Positions 37,166-45,984 of a DNA stretch of 64,000 nucleotides are shown here, piece after piece. This stretch comes from Bdellovibrionales bacterium (GTDB lineage: Bacteria; Bdellovibrionota; UBA1018; CAIMNF01), in the NCBI GenBank assembly GCA_018969905.1, contig JAGWXK010000001.1, forward strand, positions 4,587 to 68,586, written 5' to 3'. The position numbers and the translations under genes are program-made. How positions within the stretch are numbered: position 1 is the stretch's first letter; each line of letters begins with the position of its first letter. Below the pieces are notes generated by a model, which saw only the letters and a program-made list of their open reading frames with translations, was not told the origin of the DNA and ran no database searches.

Positions 37166-37181
37166 GGGCCCCTGTTGCAAA
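37166..37181 (-). promoter_or_regulatory. candidate sigma54 (-24/-12) promoter for flgF-flgG
   Basis: Minus strand reads TGGTTTTGCCTTTGCA, i.e. GG-N10-GC with a TTGCA -12 element, about 60 bp upstream of the flgF ATG. Confidence 0.3.
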
Positions 37182-37294
37182 GGCAAAACCAAAACAACAA
37201 ACAAACTCCACGATTTCGGTTGACGACAATTTTATGGCTGCGTTTTTCTTCTTTAGACACACAACCCTTGATATGGTGTCGGCGGAGAGTTTTA

Positions 37295-38596
37295 ATGATC
37301 AACCGCTACGAAGTCCCCGCGATTGCTGAAATCTGGTCAGAAAAGGAACGCTGGAACCGTCTCTTTAAAGTGGAAATGGCGCTCCTCGAATCTCTTGAAG
37401 AAACGCACTGGGTCCCCGCCGGATGCGTTGCTGCGTTCAAGAATGTGAAAATCGACCCCGTCCGGATCCGTGAACTTGAAAAAAACACCCGCCACGATGT
37501 CGTGGCTTTTTGCAGCAGCGTTACGGAACAGGTTGAATCGAAATATTCGAGGTTTTTCCACTATGGAGTCACCTCCTCAGACATTCTCGACACTGCTCTC
37601 TCATTGCAGATCAGGGAGTCACTCCAGGCAGTTGCTTTTGAGACTGGTGCCGTGATCAAATCGCTGGAAAGCATCATCAATAGAACTTCCGGACTGCTTT
37701 CCCTCGGACGCTCACACGGAATGGCCGCTGAACCAATGATTTTTGCGCAAAAGTTCTTTTCTTTCCAAATGGAGCTCTGGAGACGGCTGGGCGATGTCGA
37801 AGCACTGATCGAACACGAAATTACCGGGCAGTTTTCAGGCTCCGTCGGAAATTACTCGATCCTTACTCCAGAAGTGGAGAACCTAGCCCTTGCGCGACTC
37901 GGATTGCGAGCAGAACCGGTATCGAGCCAAGTCATTCCCCGGGATAGAATCGCGAAAATCGTTTCGATCGGCTCTTTACTGGCATGCTCGATCGAACGAA
38001 TTGCAACTGAGATCCGGCATTTGAGCAGAAGCGAGGTGGGAGAGGTTCTGGAAGAGTTTTCTGATTCTCAGACCGGGTCTTCCACCATGCCACACAAGCG
38101 AAATCCCGTTTCTTCCGAAAATCTTTGTGGCTTGGCGAGAGTCATTCGCTCTCATTTGGTACCAACCCAGGAAAACACCGTGCTCTGGCACGAGCGCGAC
38201 ATTTCCCACTCCAGTGTGGAGCGACTGATTCTGCCCGATCACTTCGGTCTTCTCGTGTATTCACTCCAGCGCCTAAACCAAACTCTTTCCAACTTGAGAA
38301 TCAACCAAGACCGTATCTCGGAAAACCTCAGAAGAACCCCCGGCGTTTTTTCCAGTTTAATTCTCCACTCCCTGCTTGAACAGAACACCTGCTCCAGAGA
38401 GGTCATCTACAGGTTGGTTCAGAGTGCCGCACTTGGGTCTGTAACCCTCCAAGAGATGACCGAAAAGATTCGAAAGAGTGCAACAGACCTAGGTCTTCAT
38501 GCCCAAATCGAGGACCTATCCCTCGAATCGCTTTGCGAGCTTTATCGGCAAAGATTCATCGAGATTCGGGATAGAGCCCGGGCGGTGAGCGAATGA
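37295..38596 (+). CDS. purB: adenylosuccinate lyase
   Basis: MINRYEVPAIAEIWSEKERWNRLFKVEMALLE; fumarate-lyase signature GSSTMPHKRNPV. Confidence 0.9.
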   Translation: MINRYEVPAIAEIWSEKERWNRLFKVEMALLESLEETHWVPAGCVAAFKNVKIDPVRIRELEKNTRHDVVAFCSSVTEQVESKYSRFFHYGVTSSDILDTALSLQIRESLQAVAFETGAVIKSLESIINRTSGLLSLGRSHGMAAEPMIFAQKFFSFQMELWRRLGDVEALIEHEITGQFSGSVGNYSILTPEVENLALARLGLRAEPVSSQVIPRDRIAKIVSIGSLLACSIERIATEIRHLSRSEVGEVLEEFSDSQTGSSTMPHKRNPVSSENLCGLARVIRSHLVPTQENTVLWHERDISHSSVERLILPDHFGLLVYSLQRLNQTLSNLRINQDRISENLRRTPGVFSSLILHSLLEQNTCSREVIYRLVQSAALGSVTLQEMTEKIRKSATDLGLHAQIEDLSLESLCELYRQRFIEIRDRARAVSE

Positions 38597-39438
38597 TCTT
38601 GCTTGCCGCAAAGCCTGTGGTGGAGAAAAGAAGGGCCGAACTCCAGTCCAAAACCGCAGAGCTCCGAAACGCTCTCGGGCGCCCCCCCCATTTGAGTGTC
38701 ATTTTGATCGGTGAGGACCCTGCAAGCCAGGTTTATGTGGGGCGAAAGTCCAGCGCTGCCATAAGGGCGGGATTCACAAGTGAGACCATCGGATTTCCAA
38801 AGAATGTTTCGCCCGAGACGGTACATCAAAAAGTCCGAGAGTTGAATGCCGATCCCCGTGTCGATGGAGTATTGATTCAGAGGCCGCTCCCCCCCCAAAT
38901 GAAAGAAAAGGATGTTGCGCTCTGGGTGGACCCCTCCAAGGATGTGGATTGCCTGCATCCTGAAAACATAGGACTCTTGGTGACGGGGAACCCTCGTTTT
39001 ATCCCCTGCACACCCGGTGGAATCATTCTTCTTCTCGATCACTACGGTATTCCGATTGAAGGGAAAACCGTTTGCGTGATCGGTAGGAGCGCCATTGTAG
39101 GAAAACCTCTCGCCTCCATGCTTCTTTCGAGAAACGCCTCACTCATTCAGGTTCACCGCAGAACTCCCGATCCCGCAGCATTATGCAGGCTGGGAGACCT
39201 TGTATTTGTGGCGGCAGGCGCACGCGGATTACTGAAACGCGAATGGCTGAAACCAGGGTCGGTTGTGGTGGATGTGGGAATACACAGGGGAATGGATGGT
39301 CGGATATCAGGTGATGTTGACACGGAGTCGATTGCCGGGGTTCCCCGCGCACTTACGCCGGTTCCCGGAGGAGTGGGCCCCATGACAATTCAAGTTTTAC
39401 TTGAAAACACATTTGCGGCTGCAAGCAGACGGAGCTAA
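38593..39438 (+). CDS. folD: bifunctional methylene-THF dehydrogenase/cyclohydrolase FolD
   Basis: LSVILIGEDPASQVYVGRKSSAA ... RVDGVLIQRPLPP; NAD(P) site GRSAIVGKP. Confidence 0.9.
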   Translation: MILLAAKPVVEKRRAELQSKTAELRNALGRPPHLSVILIGEDPASQVYVGRKSSAAIRAGFTSETIGFPKNVSPETVHQKVRELNADPRVDGVLIQRPLPPQMKEKDVALWVDPSKDVDCLHPENIGLLVTGNPRFIPCTPGGIILLLDHYGIPIEGKTVCVIGRSAIVGKPLASMLLSRNASLIQVHRRTPDPAALCRLGDLVFVAAGARGLLKREWLKPGSVVVDVGIHRGMDGRISGDVDTESIAGVPRALTPVPGGVGPMTIQVLLENTFAAASRRS

Positions 39439-39447
39439 GTTGTTGCC

Positions 39448-40563
39448 ATGTTGAAGAGAACTCCCTTGTTCGAGGAACACAAGAAGCTCGGTGGAAAAAT
39501 GGTGGACTTTGGTGGCTGGGAGCTACCCGTCCAGTACTCTGGCCTTACTCAGGAGCACGAGGCCGTTCGGAATCATTGTGGGATTTTTGATGTGAGCCAT
39601 ATGGGTGAATTTCGCGTACAAGGGCCCGGAGCACTCGGATTCGTGAATTTCGCAACCACCAACGATGCCTCCACGCTTGCCGTTTTTCAGGCGCAATATT
39701 CGGCACTTTGTAACTCACACGGTGGTATCGTGGATGATCTCGTGGTCTATCGCCTGGGCGAACAGGAATTTCTTTTGGTGGTAAATGCCGCAAATATTGA
39801 AAAGGACTTTCATCATCTCTCCGCGGCATTATCCCACTTCGAAGGCCCCAAGCCCCAGCTTACCAATGAGTCGGAACAGTTTGCCCAAATTGCCATACAA
39901 GGTCCCGCTTCAAGTGCGGTTCTGCAGACGCTTGCGGACATGAATCTTGAAGAAATCAAAACTTATTGGTGTTCCGTAGGAAAAGTCTGCGGGGAATCAT
40001 CTTTGGTCGCCCGCACCGGTTATACCGGGGAAGACGGGTTTGAAGTTTATGTCACGCCTGAAGCCGCACCCAAAATCTGGAACGCTCTACTGACCGCCGG
40101 TGCACACTTCGGGATTCTTCCGTGTGGACTGGGGGCGAGGGATACGCTTCGCCTAGAGATGAAGTTCGCTCTCTATGGACACGAGTTGACCGAAAACACC
40201 AACCCCTTTGAGACCGGACTGGGGTGGATCACCAAGCTGAAAAAAAACTCTGAGTTTATTGGGAAACCCGCGATATCAAAAATCAAGGATGCTGGTCCAA
40301 CAAGGTCTCTTGTGGGGATTCTTTCGCTAGGAAGGGGAATTCCACGACAGGGGTACGAGGTTTTTGACGAAACCCGTAAGACTCGCGTAGGCTTTGTCAC
40401 CAGCGGCACACAAAGCCCAACCTTGAAAAAAGCGATTGGGATTGCATTGATTGAAAAAAAATGTGAGAAGGCCGGGACGCGCCTTTGGGTGAAGATTCGA
40501 GAGGACCTCCACGAGTTCGAGGTGTGCAAAACGCCGTTTATTGACAAAAAAAAGGAGAATTAA
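39448..40563 (+). CDS. gcvT: glycine cleavage system aminomethyltransferase T protein
   Basis: RTPLFEEHKKLGGKMVDFGGWELPVQYSGLTQEHEAVRNHCGIFDVSHMGEF. Confidence 0.95.
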   Translation: MLKRTPLFEEHKKLGGKMVDFGGWELPVQYSGLTQEHEAVRNHCGIFDVSHMGEFRVQGPGALGFVNFATTNDASTLAVFQAQYSALCNSHGGIVDDLVVYRLGEQEFLLVVNAANIEKDFHHLSAALSHFEGPKPQLTNESEQFAQIAIQGPASSAVLQTLADMNLEEIKTYWCSVGKVCGESSLVARTGYTGEDGFEVYVTPEAAPKIWNALLTAGAHFGILPCGLGARDTLRLEMKFALYGHELTENTNPFETGLGWITKLKKNSEFIGKPAISKIKDAGPTRSLVGILSLGRGIPRQGYEVFDETRKTRVGFVTSGTQSPTLKKAIGIALIEKKCEKAGTRLWVKIREDLHEFEVCKTPFIDKKKEN

Positions 40564-40950
40564 ATGAACTACCCGGATCATCTAAGATACACCAAGGATC
40601 ATGAGTGGGCTGAGTTGGTCAGCGAGAGCAAAGTGCGAGTTGGAATTACCGAGCACGCTCAAAGCAGTCTCGGGGACATTGTTTATCTCGAACTTCCAAA
40701 GATGGGGCGGGAACTCAAGGCGAACGAGACTTTTGGAGTCGTAGAAAGCATCAAGGCGGTTTCCGATCTTCTTTCCCCGGTCTCTGGAAAGGTGATCGAA
40801 GTGAACTCTGATCTCACATCCAACCCAGGAAGAATCAATGGTAACCCACACCTGGAGTGGATGCTCGTGATTGAAGCTGCGAACGCCAAGGAACAATTCG
40901 GGACTCTGATGGACTCCGGAGCCTACTCCAAGTTTGTCAAATCACTCTGA
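40564..40950 (+). CDS. gcvH: glycine cleavage system H protein
   Basis: YTKDHEWAELVSESKVRVGITEHAQSSLGDIVYLELP ... ESIKAVSDLLSPVSGKV, with the lipoyl-lysine context. Confidence 0.95.
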   Translation: MNYPDHLRYTKDHEWAELVSESKVRVGITEHAQSSLGDIVYLELPKMGRELKANETFGVVESIKAVSDLLSPVSGKVIEVNSDLTSNPGRINGNPHLEWMLVIEAANAKEQFGTLMDSGAYSKFVKSL

Positions 40951-41698
40951 GTCACACGAGTTAGCTGCTTTTCTGATTCATGACGGGAAGTTGTATTTAT
41001 CGAGAGGCAATCCAAGCCCCCTGGAAACACCCATCACGACTCTGATTCGCGGCATCTGCGAGCAGGAGCCCGAACGCTCCATCGCAATCACGAGGACGCG
41101 TATTTTTTGCAACTATCGCGCTGATCCTGTTTGCCTCGGCATGATTAGAGTGGCAGCCAAACGTCACACCCATCTCTTGGATGATGCGTTTTTTTCAAAG
41201 CTGCGTTCCTTCAGGGGACCATGCGTCGAGGTAATGGCCCCCGAGTGTGCACCATTTGAGGACCCACGGATCCCGAGGGGGAAAACATTCTTAACGTCAG
41301 ATATCCCGAAAATGCTACAGCTTCTTCTAGAGCGCGCCACGGGAAGAAGGAAAGTCGCTTCAATTCTCACAAGCGATGAGGGTGAGGTGATTTCCTATTC
41401 CTGGAGTCGTAGTCTTGCAAACCGAACGAGTCATGCCGAACTGCAGTTGACACACTCACTGTTCCAATCCGGAATGTCAGGGTTTCCTCTGGATTGCACT
41501 TTGTGGGTTTCTCTTCGCCCTTGCGCGATGTGTTCGGCCATTCTCCTGAAATTCAGCAACAAGATCCGGCCAACGCGAATCCGGTTCCTTCAGGATGATC
41601 CGGGCCCTGCCGCACAAAACTCCTGTTTGGTTCACGGATCCTTCCTTTGGAGGCACGCAGGGCATCCGACACTGGACATAGGCGCCATTCAGCCTTGA
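40934..41698 (+). CDS. CMP/dCMP-type zinc deaminase, TadA-like C-terminal domain with an N-terminal extension of about 100 aa
   Basis: HAE-x26-PCAMC zinc-binding signature ([39 protein letters not shown]) preceded by [11 protein letters not shown], as in TadA. Alternative shorter start at the ATG at 41234 (154 aa); the frame stays open for 300 nt upstream of that. Confidence 0.6.
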   Translation: MSNHSESHELAAFLIHDGKLYLSRGNPSPLETPITTLIRGICEQEPERSIAITRTRIFCNYRADPVCLGMIRVAAKRHTHLLDDAFFSKLRSFRGPCVEVMAPECAPFEDPRIPRGKTFLTSDIPKMLQLLLERATGRRKVASILTSDEGEVISYSWSRSLANRTSHAELQLTHSLFQSGMSGFPLDCTLWVSLRPCAMCSAILLKFSNKIRPTRIRFLQDDPGPAAQNSCLVHGSFLWRHAGHPTLDIGAIQP

Positions 41699-44601
41699 TA
41701 GTTTTCGATCGGAGCACAGGAGCAAACAAGATTCCTGTCTCCGTACACATTGTCAATTCTTGCAACAGAAGGCCAAAACTTCTTATGACGAAGATATGGC
41801 AAAGGAAAGGCGGCCTGCTCCCTTGTATAGCCAAAAATCCACTCTGTAGAAGAAACCATTTCCGCTGTATGTGGTGCATTTTTTAAGGGATTGTTCCGTC
41901 GATCCATTTTACCACTGCGGATTGACTCGATTTCAGCTCGAATGGAAATCAAGGCATCAATATAACGATCCATCTCAGCCTTTGATTCACTCTCCGTGGG
42001 CTCAATCATGATTGTGCCGGCCACGGGAAAGGAAACAGTCGGAGCATGGAATCCGTAATCCATCAGTCGTTTTGCTACATCTTCAACTTCAATTCCCGTT
42101 TCAGCCTTGAGGGGGCGCAAGTCAAGAATACACTCATGAGCTACAAAGCCACCGAACCCCTTATAGAGCACGGGAAAGTGGGACTCCAGGCGCTTCGCCA
42201 TGTAGTTTGCGTTGAGGATTGCCACCTCAGTGGCCCTCTTCAACCCCTCTGATCCCATCAACTTAATATATACCCAGGAAATTGGAAGTATGCTCGCGCT
42301 ACCCCACGGCGCCGAAGAAACCGCTCCAGTGCTGCCGCCCACCTTTATACCGGAGAGTGCCGAAAATACGTGGCCCGGCAGGAAAGGGGCCAACTGTTTT
42401 TTCACGCCGATAGGTCCCATTCCAGGACCACCTCCACCATGCGGGATGCAAAAAGTTTTATGAAGGTTCAGATGGCAGACATCCGGTCCAAAATCTCCAG
42501 GCCTGCATAAACCAATTTGAGCATTCATGTTTGCGCCGTCCATGTACACCTGCCCGCCATGCTTGTGAATCACTTCACAGATTTCGCGAATTGCCGACTC
42601 AAACACTCCATGCGTCGAAGGATAAGTGACCATCAGCGCCCCGAGTTTGGAAGAATGTTGCTCCGCAAGGCGTGTTAGGTCAGAGAGATCCACATTCCCG
42701 TCTCGATCGCACTCCACCACTACCACCTCAAATCCCGCCATCACGGCGGACGCCGGGTTTGTTCCATGGGCTGACTTTGGAATCAGACAGATGTTCCGAT
42801 GAGCCTCTCCTCTTGACTCATGATAACCGCGAATGGCTAGAAGGCCGGCGTACTCGCCCTGAGATCCGGCGTTCGGCTGCAAGGAAACGGCATCAAACCC
42901 CGTCACCTCTGAGAGCATGGCTTCAAGATCCTTAAAGAGATCCAAATAACCCTCCACTTGTGCTTTCGGAGCCGCCGGATGAAGCTTTCCAATCTCTGGC
43001 CAGGTGACCGGGATCATTTCCACAGTGGCATTGAGCTTCATGGTGCATGACCCAAGCGGAATCATCGAGAAATTCAATGCCAAGTCTTTTTTTTCAAGCA
43101 TTGACATGTATCGGAGCATTTCATGTTCGGAGTGATACTGATGAAACACCGGATGCTCAAGAAGGGGCGTATCTCGTTTTATGGATTGGGGAATCTGTTC
43201 GTACACTCCCTCTCTTAAGAAGGTGTCGAGCGAAAGCTTTCCGGAGGAGAAAATTCCGATGATGCGGGAAACTTCATCAACAGTGCTGACTTCATCAAGC
43301 GCAATTGTGATCCAGGCGCCCGTGTGCCTGATATTGATCCCGTGCTTTAGAAACTCGAGAACCCATCTCTTTGCATCAATCTCTGTGCCCGCACTAAATG
43401 TCACAGTATCGAAAAAACATTCACCTCGAAGCTGAAAACCGAGTGCTTTGAGCCCCTTTCCCATCAACACTGCAAGTCCATGGGTCCTGCTGGCGATCTG
43501 TCTGAGTCCGTCAGCACCGTGGTACACCGCATACATGGAGGCAATGACCGCGAGAAGCACCTGTGAAGTACAGATGTTACTCGTAGCCTTTTCCCTTCGA
43601 ATGTGTTGTTCGCGGGTTTGCAGCGCAAGCCTTATGGCAGGTCGACCGCGCATATCCTTTGAGAGTCCAACGATTCTTCCCGGCATGCTTCTTTTGAACT
43701 CATCTCTACAAGCAAGGTACGCTGCACTTGGTCCTCCAAAACCCATGGGTACCCCGAACCGCTGGAAGCTTCCCACGGCGATATCCGCGCCAAGCGCGCC
43801 CGGACTTTTCACCAGCGTGAGCGCAAGCGGATCTGCCGCCACCGTCACCAACAGCCCCTTTGACTTTGCAAGATGGATTTTGTTTTCAAGATCAGGATCC
43901 ATCAATCCATCGGTATTGGGATATTGAAAAATCACCCCAAACATTTCCTCATCGGGAGAATAGGTAACTTGATCAAAGGTTCGGACCTCAATTCCAAGAG
44001 GACGAGCTCGCGTCTCGATGACGGCCCGATTTTGAGGATGCAAATCCATCGAAACATAAAAGAGCTTTCTTTGTTGATCTTGGTGAAGCGCATGACTCAT
44101 GGTCATCGCCTCCGCACAGGCTGTGGCTTCATCCAGTAAAGAGGCGTTTGCCACAGGAAGCCCCGTAAGATCGACGGTCATGGTTTGAAAGTTTAGAATC
44201 GCCTCCAAACGACCCTGTGCAATTTCTGCCTGATACGGTGTGTACTGTGTATACCAACCTGGGTTCTCAAGAACGTTTCTCAAAATCACATTGGGGGTAA
44301 TACAGTCGGAAAAACCAAGCCCCAAAAGGGAACGATTCACCTGATTCTTGCCCACGAGATTTCGAAGCTTCTCCAAAACCGCTCTTTCGTCGGAAACACC
44401 CTCCACTTGGATGCTTTTCCGTAAGCGAATGGCATCAGGCACTGTTTTGGCCACCAGCTCGTCAAGAGATTTCAAGTCAAGTGCTTTCAGCATCTCCGAC
44501 TGGTCTTTTTCGTTCGGACCAATGTGGCGAGAACAAAAATTGTGGAATTCACCAAAAGATATTTTTCTCAAAATTTGCGGTTTTTCTGAGGGTTTTTGCA
44601 T
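41689..44601 (-). CDS. gcvP: glycine dehydrogenase (decarboxylating), single-chain P protein
   Basis: 970 aa with tandem PLP-dependent domains, full length colinear with single-chain GcvP. Confidence 0.95.
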   Translation of the reverse strand: MQKPSEKPQILRKISFGEFHNFCSRHIGPNEKDQSEMLKALDLKSLDELVAKTVPDAIRLRKSIQVEGVSDERAVLEKLRNLVGKNQVNRSLLGLGFSDCITPNVILRNVLENPGWYTQYTPYQAEIAQGRLEAILNFQTMTVDLTGLPVANASLLDEATACAEAMTMSHALHQDQQRKLFYVSMDLHPQNRAVIETRARPLGIEVRTFDQVTYSPDEEMFGVIFQYPNTDGLMDPDLENKIHLAKSKGLLVTVAADPLALTLVKSPGALGADIAVGSFQRFGVPMGFGGPSAAYLACRDEFKRSMPGRIVGLSKDMRGRPAIRLALQTREQHIRREKATSNICTSQVLLAVIASMYAVYHGADGLRQIASRTHGLAVLMGKGLKALGFQLRGECFFDTVTFSAGTEIDAKRWVLEFLKHGINIRHTGAWITIALDEVSTVDEVSRIIGIFSSGKLSLDTFLREGVYEQIPQSIKRDTPLLEHPVFHQYHSEHEMLRYMSMLEKKDLALNFSMIPLGSCTMKLNATVEMIPVTWPEIGKLHPAAPKAQVEGYLDLFKDLEAMLSEVTGFDAVSLQPNAGSQGEYAGLLAIRGYHESRGEAHRNICLIPKSAHGTNPASAVMAGFEVVVVECDRDGNVDLSDLTRLAEQHSSKLGALMVTYPSTHGVFESAIREICEVIHKHGGQVYMDGANMNAQIGLCRPGDFGPDVCHLNLHKTFCIPHGGGGPGMGPIGVKKQLAPFLPGHVFSALSGIKVGGSTGAVSSAPWGSASILPISWVYIKLMGSEGLKRATEVAILNANYMAKRLESHFPVLYKGFGGFVAHECILDLRPLKAETGIEVEDVAKRLMDYGFHAPTVSFPVAGTIMIEPTESESKAEMDRYIDALISIRAEIESIRSGKMDRRNNPLKNAPHTAEMVSSTEWIFGYTREQAAFPLPYLRHKKFWPSVARIDNVYGDRNLVCSCAPIENYQG

Positions 44602-44671
44602 GGTCGCATTTTATATGAGGATTCCCACCAGAGAAAGCACTTCCAAAAAATAATTTCTTCGAGTAGCTTCG

Positions 44672-45049
44672 GTGGCTCGCAGTGATTTGGGAATTGGGAT
44701 GAACAACAACCTGGACTTACAACTTCGTCTTCAAGAGTCATCTACAATGGAAAAGGACTACCGTTCTTCTGGGGGTATCAGTGATGATACCCGTGAATGG
44801 ATTAGCGCTTTGAATACATCCATTCTTACTACTCGAACCAACCTGATCAAGGACCGCTCCTCTGAACTGTCGGGAATCATGCAATCTCCTGAGTTCACCA
44901 GTCTACTATTTGCGGCTCAGTATTTGGGTGACTCGCTTGGTTTGACCAAGGAGGAAGCTACCGAGAGGTTGATCGATACCTTTCGAAAGCTGGATGCCAT
45001 CTGGGGCGATATGGTGATCAAACGCGGCATTCAAGCGATGATTGATTAG
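44672..45049 (+). CDS. hypothetical protein (125 aa)
   Basis: ORF only; no motif; tight against the TonB gene stop. Confidence 0.35.
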   Translation: MARSDLGIGMNNNLDLQLRLQESSTMEKDYRSSGGISDDTREWISALNTSILTTRTNLIKDRSSELSGIMQSPEFTSLLFAAQYLGDSLGLTKEEATERLIDTFRKLDAIWGDMVIKRGIQAMID

Positions 45050-45864
45050 GTCTTGAGAATAAAATCCCATCGGATTTCAACATGTCCTGAGGAATCAATC
45101 AGTCCTTTCGGAGGGTTTGGGTATGGTCCTGCCTTGTTAAGCGCATCGATGGCGGCTTGATCCAAGTCCTGTGTTCCCGACTCCTCAAGAATTTGAATCC
45201 TTAAGATCTCACCTCGTTGATTCATCGTAACCATTGCTCGCGTAACAAAGTCTGAATTGGAGGCCAAATGGCGTCCAGCCTTCAAGAGTCGGTGTACGTT
45301 CTCACGCAAAATAGGTTGCCAGGCTTGATCCAGCTGTCGCCTCACCCTTTCAAAGTAGGAATAGAACACAAACTCCTTTGTGTTCAGGGCGGAAAACTCA
45401 CCCTCCTTCATCCCCTGAATGTATTGGCCTCCCCTGAGCACCTCTCCCAACTGGTTTTTTGCCCAGTTTCTTTGTTTGCCAGCGTCTTCTTGGGTTTGAG
45501 GCCTGAGTTTTAAACCAAAATCGGATAGATCCACTTTCTGCTTCGTTGTTTTCGAAAGAATTTCAGGCTGAGCCCCGCCGGTAAACTCGCCCCCCGTTCT
45601 TGAGGAGAGCTCCTCCTCTACTACCCGGGTTTTGTCGCTCAAGTATGAGTCCTTTTTAGCGGTTTTTTCCTCTTGGCCTGCGGATCGCTTCACAATGGTG
45701 TTCTTGGGTTTTTCGTGTTTGGGATCTTTAAGCGCGACCTCAATCGGATCTTCCCTTAAAGTAATCTGCGGCCCTTGCGTGACATAGAAAAATGCCACGA
45801 TCAAAAAGAGAAGATGGAAGGTAATCGACCGCGCTAAGGGCCTTTCCAATACTCGCGTTTCCAC
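45046..45864 (-). CDS. TonB family energy transducer
   Basis: N-terminal TM anchor, charged proline-poor linker, C-terminal TonB fold (GEILRIQILEESGTQDLDQAAIDALNKAGPYPNPP ... GHVEIRWDFIL). Confidence 0.72.
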   Translation of the reverse strand: METRVLERPLARSITFHLLFLIVAFFYVTQGPQITLREDPIEVALKDPKHEKPKNTIVKRSAGQEEKTAKKDSYLSDKTRVVEEELSSRTGGEFTGGAQPEILSKTTKQKVDLSDFGLKLRPQTQEDAGKQRNWAKNQLGEVLRGGQYIQGMKEGEFSALNTKEFVFYSYFERVRRQLDQAWQPILRENVHRLLKAGRHLASNSDFVTRAMVTMNQRGEILRIQILEESGTQDLDQAAIDALNKAGPYPNPPKGLIDSSGHVEIRWDFILKT

Positions 45865-45984
45865 AAATTCCTCATCGGTCGGAAAAGCGATCCGACTAAA
45901 GCAATTTTACTCCCGAACGCCCTCAAAAAAGAGAATAAATCGCGTCATTTATTTCACGTAAGGCGTTTGCTCGCAAGCATTGGT

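Noticed and set aside
37157-37294. N-terminal 46 codons of the purB ORF, and likewise the upstream extensions of the moxR (6942-7175), tatC (2538-2624), flgM (32214-32363), flgF (37106-37204), csrA, atpA, parA and rsmG ORFs
   Set aside because: The ORF tool reports the longest frame and also allows GTG/TTG starts. The conserved N-termini and good Shine-Dalgarno sequences sit at internal ATGs, and the extensions would overlap neighbouring genes.
44602-44700. Possible glycine riboswitch in the gcvP 5' leader (a CACCGAAG-like segment on the minus strand)
   Set aside because: Only ~70 bp lie between the gcvP start and the neighbouring ORF, which is too short for even one complete aptamer. Only a fragment of the conserved ACCGAAGG core is present and I could not find the paired P1/P3 elements. 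A covariance-model scan (Rfam RF00504) would be needed to call it.
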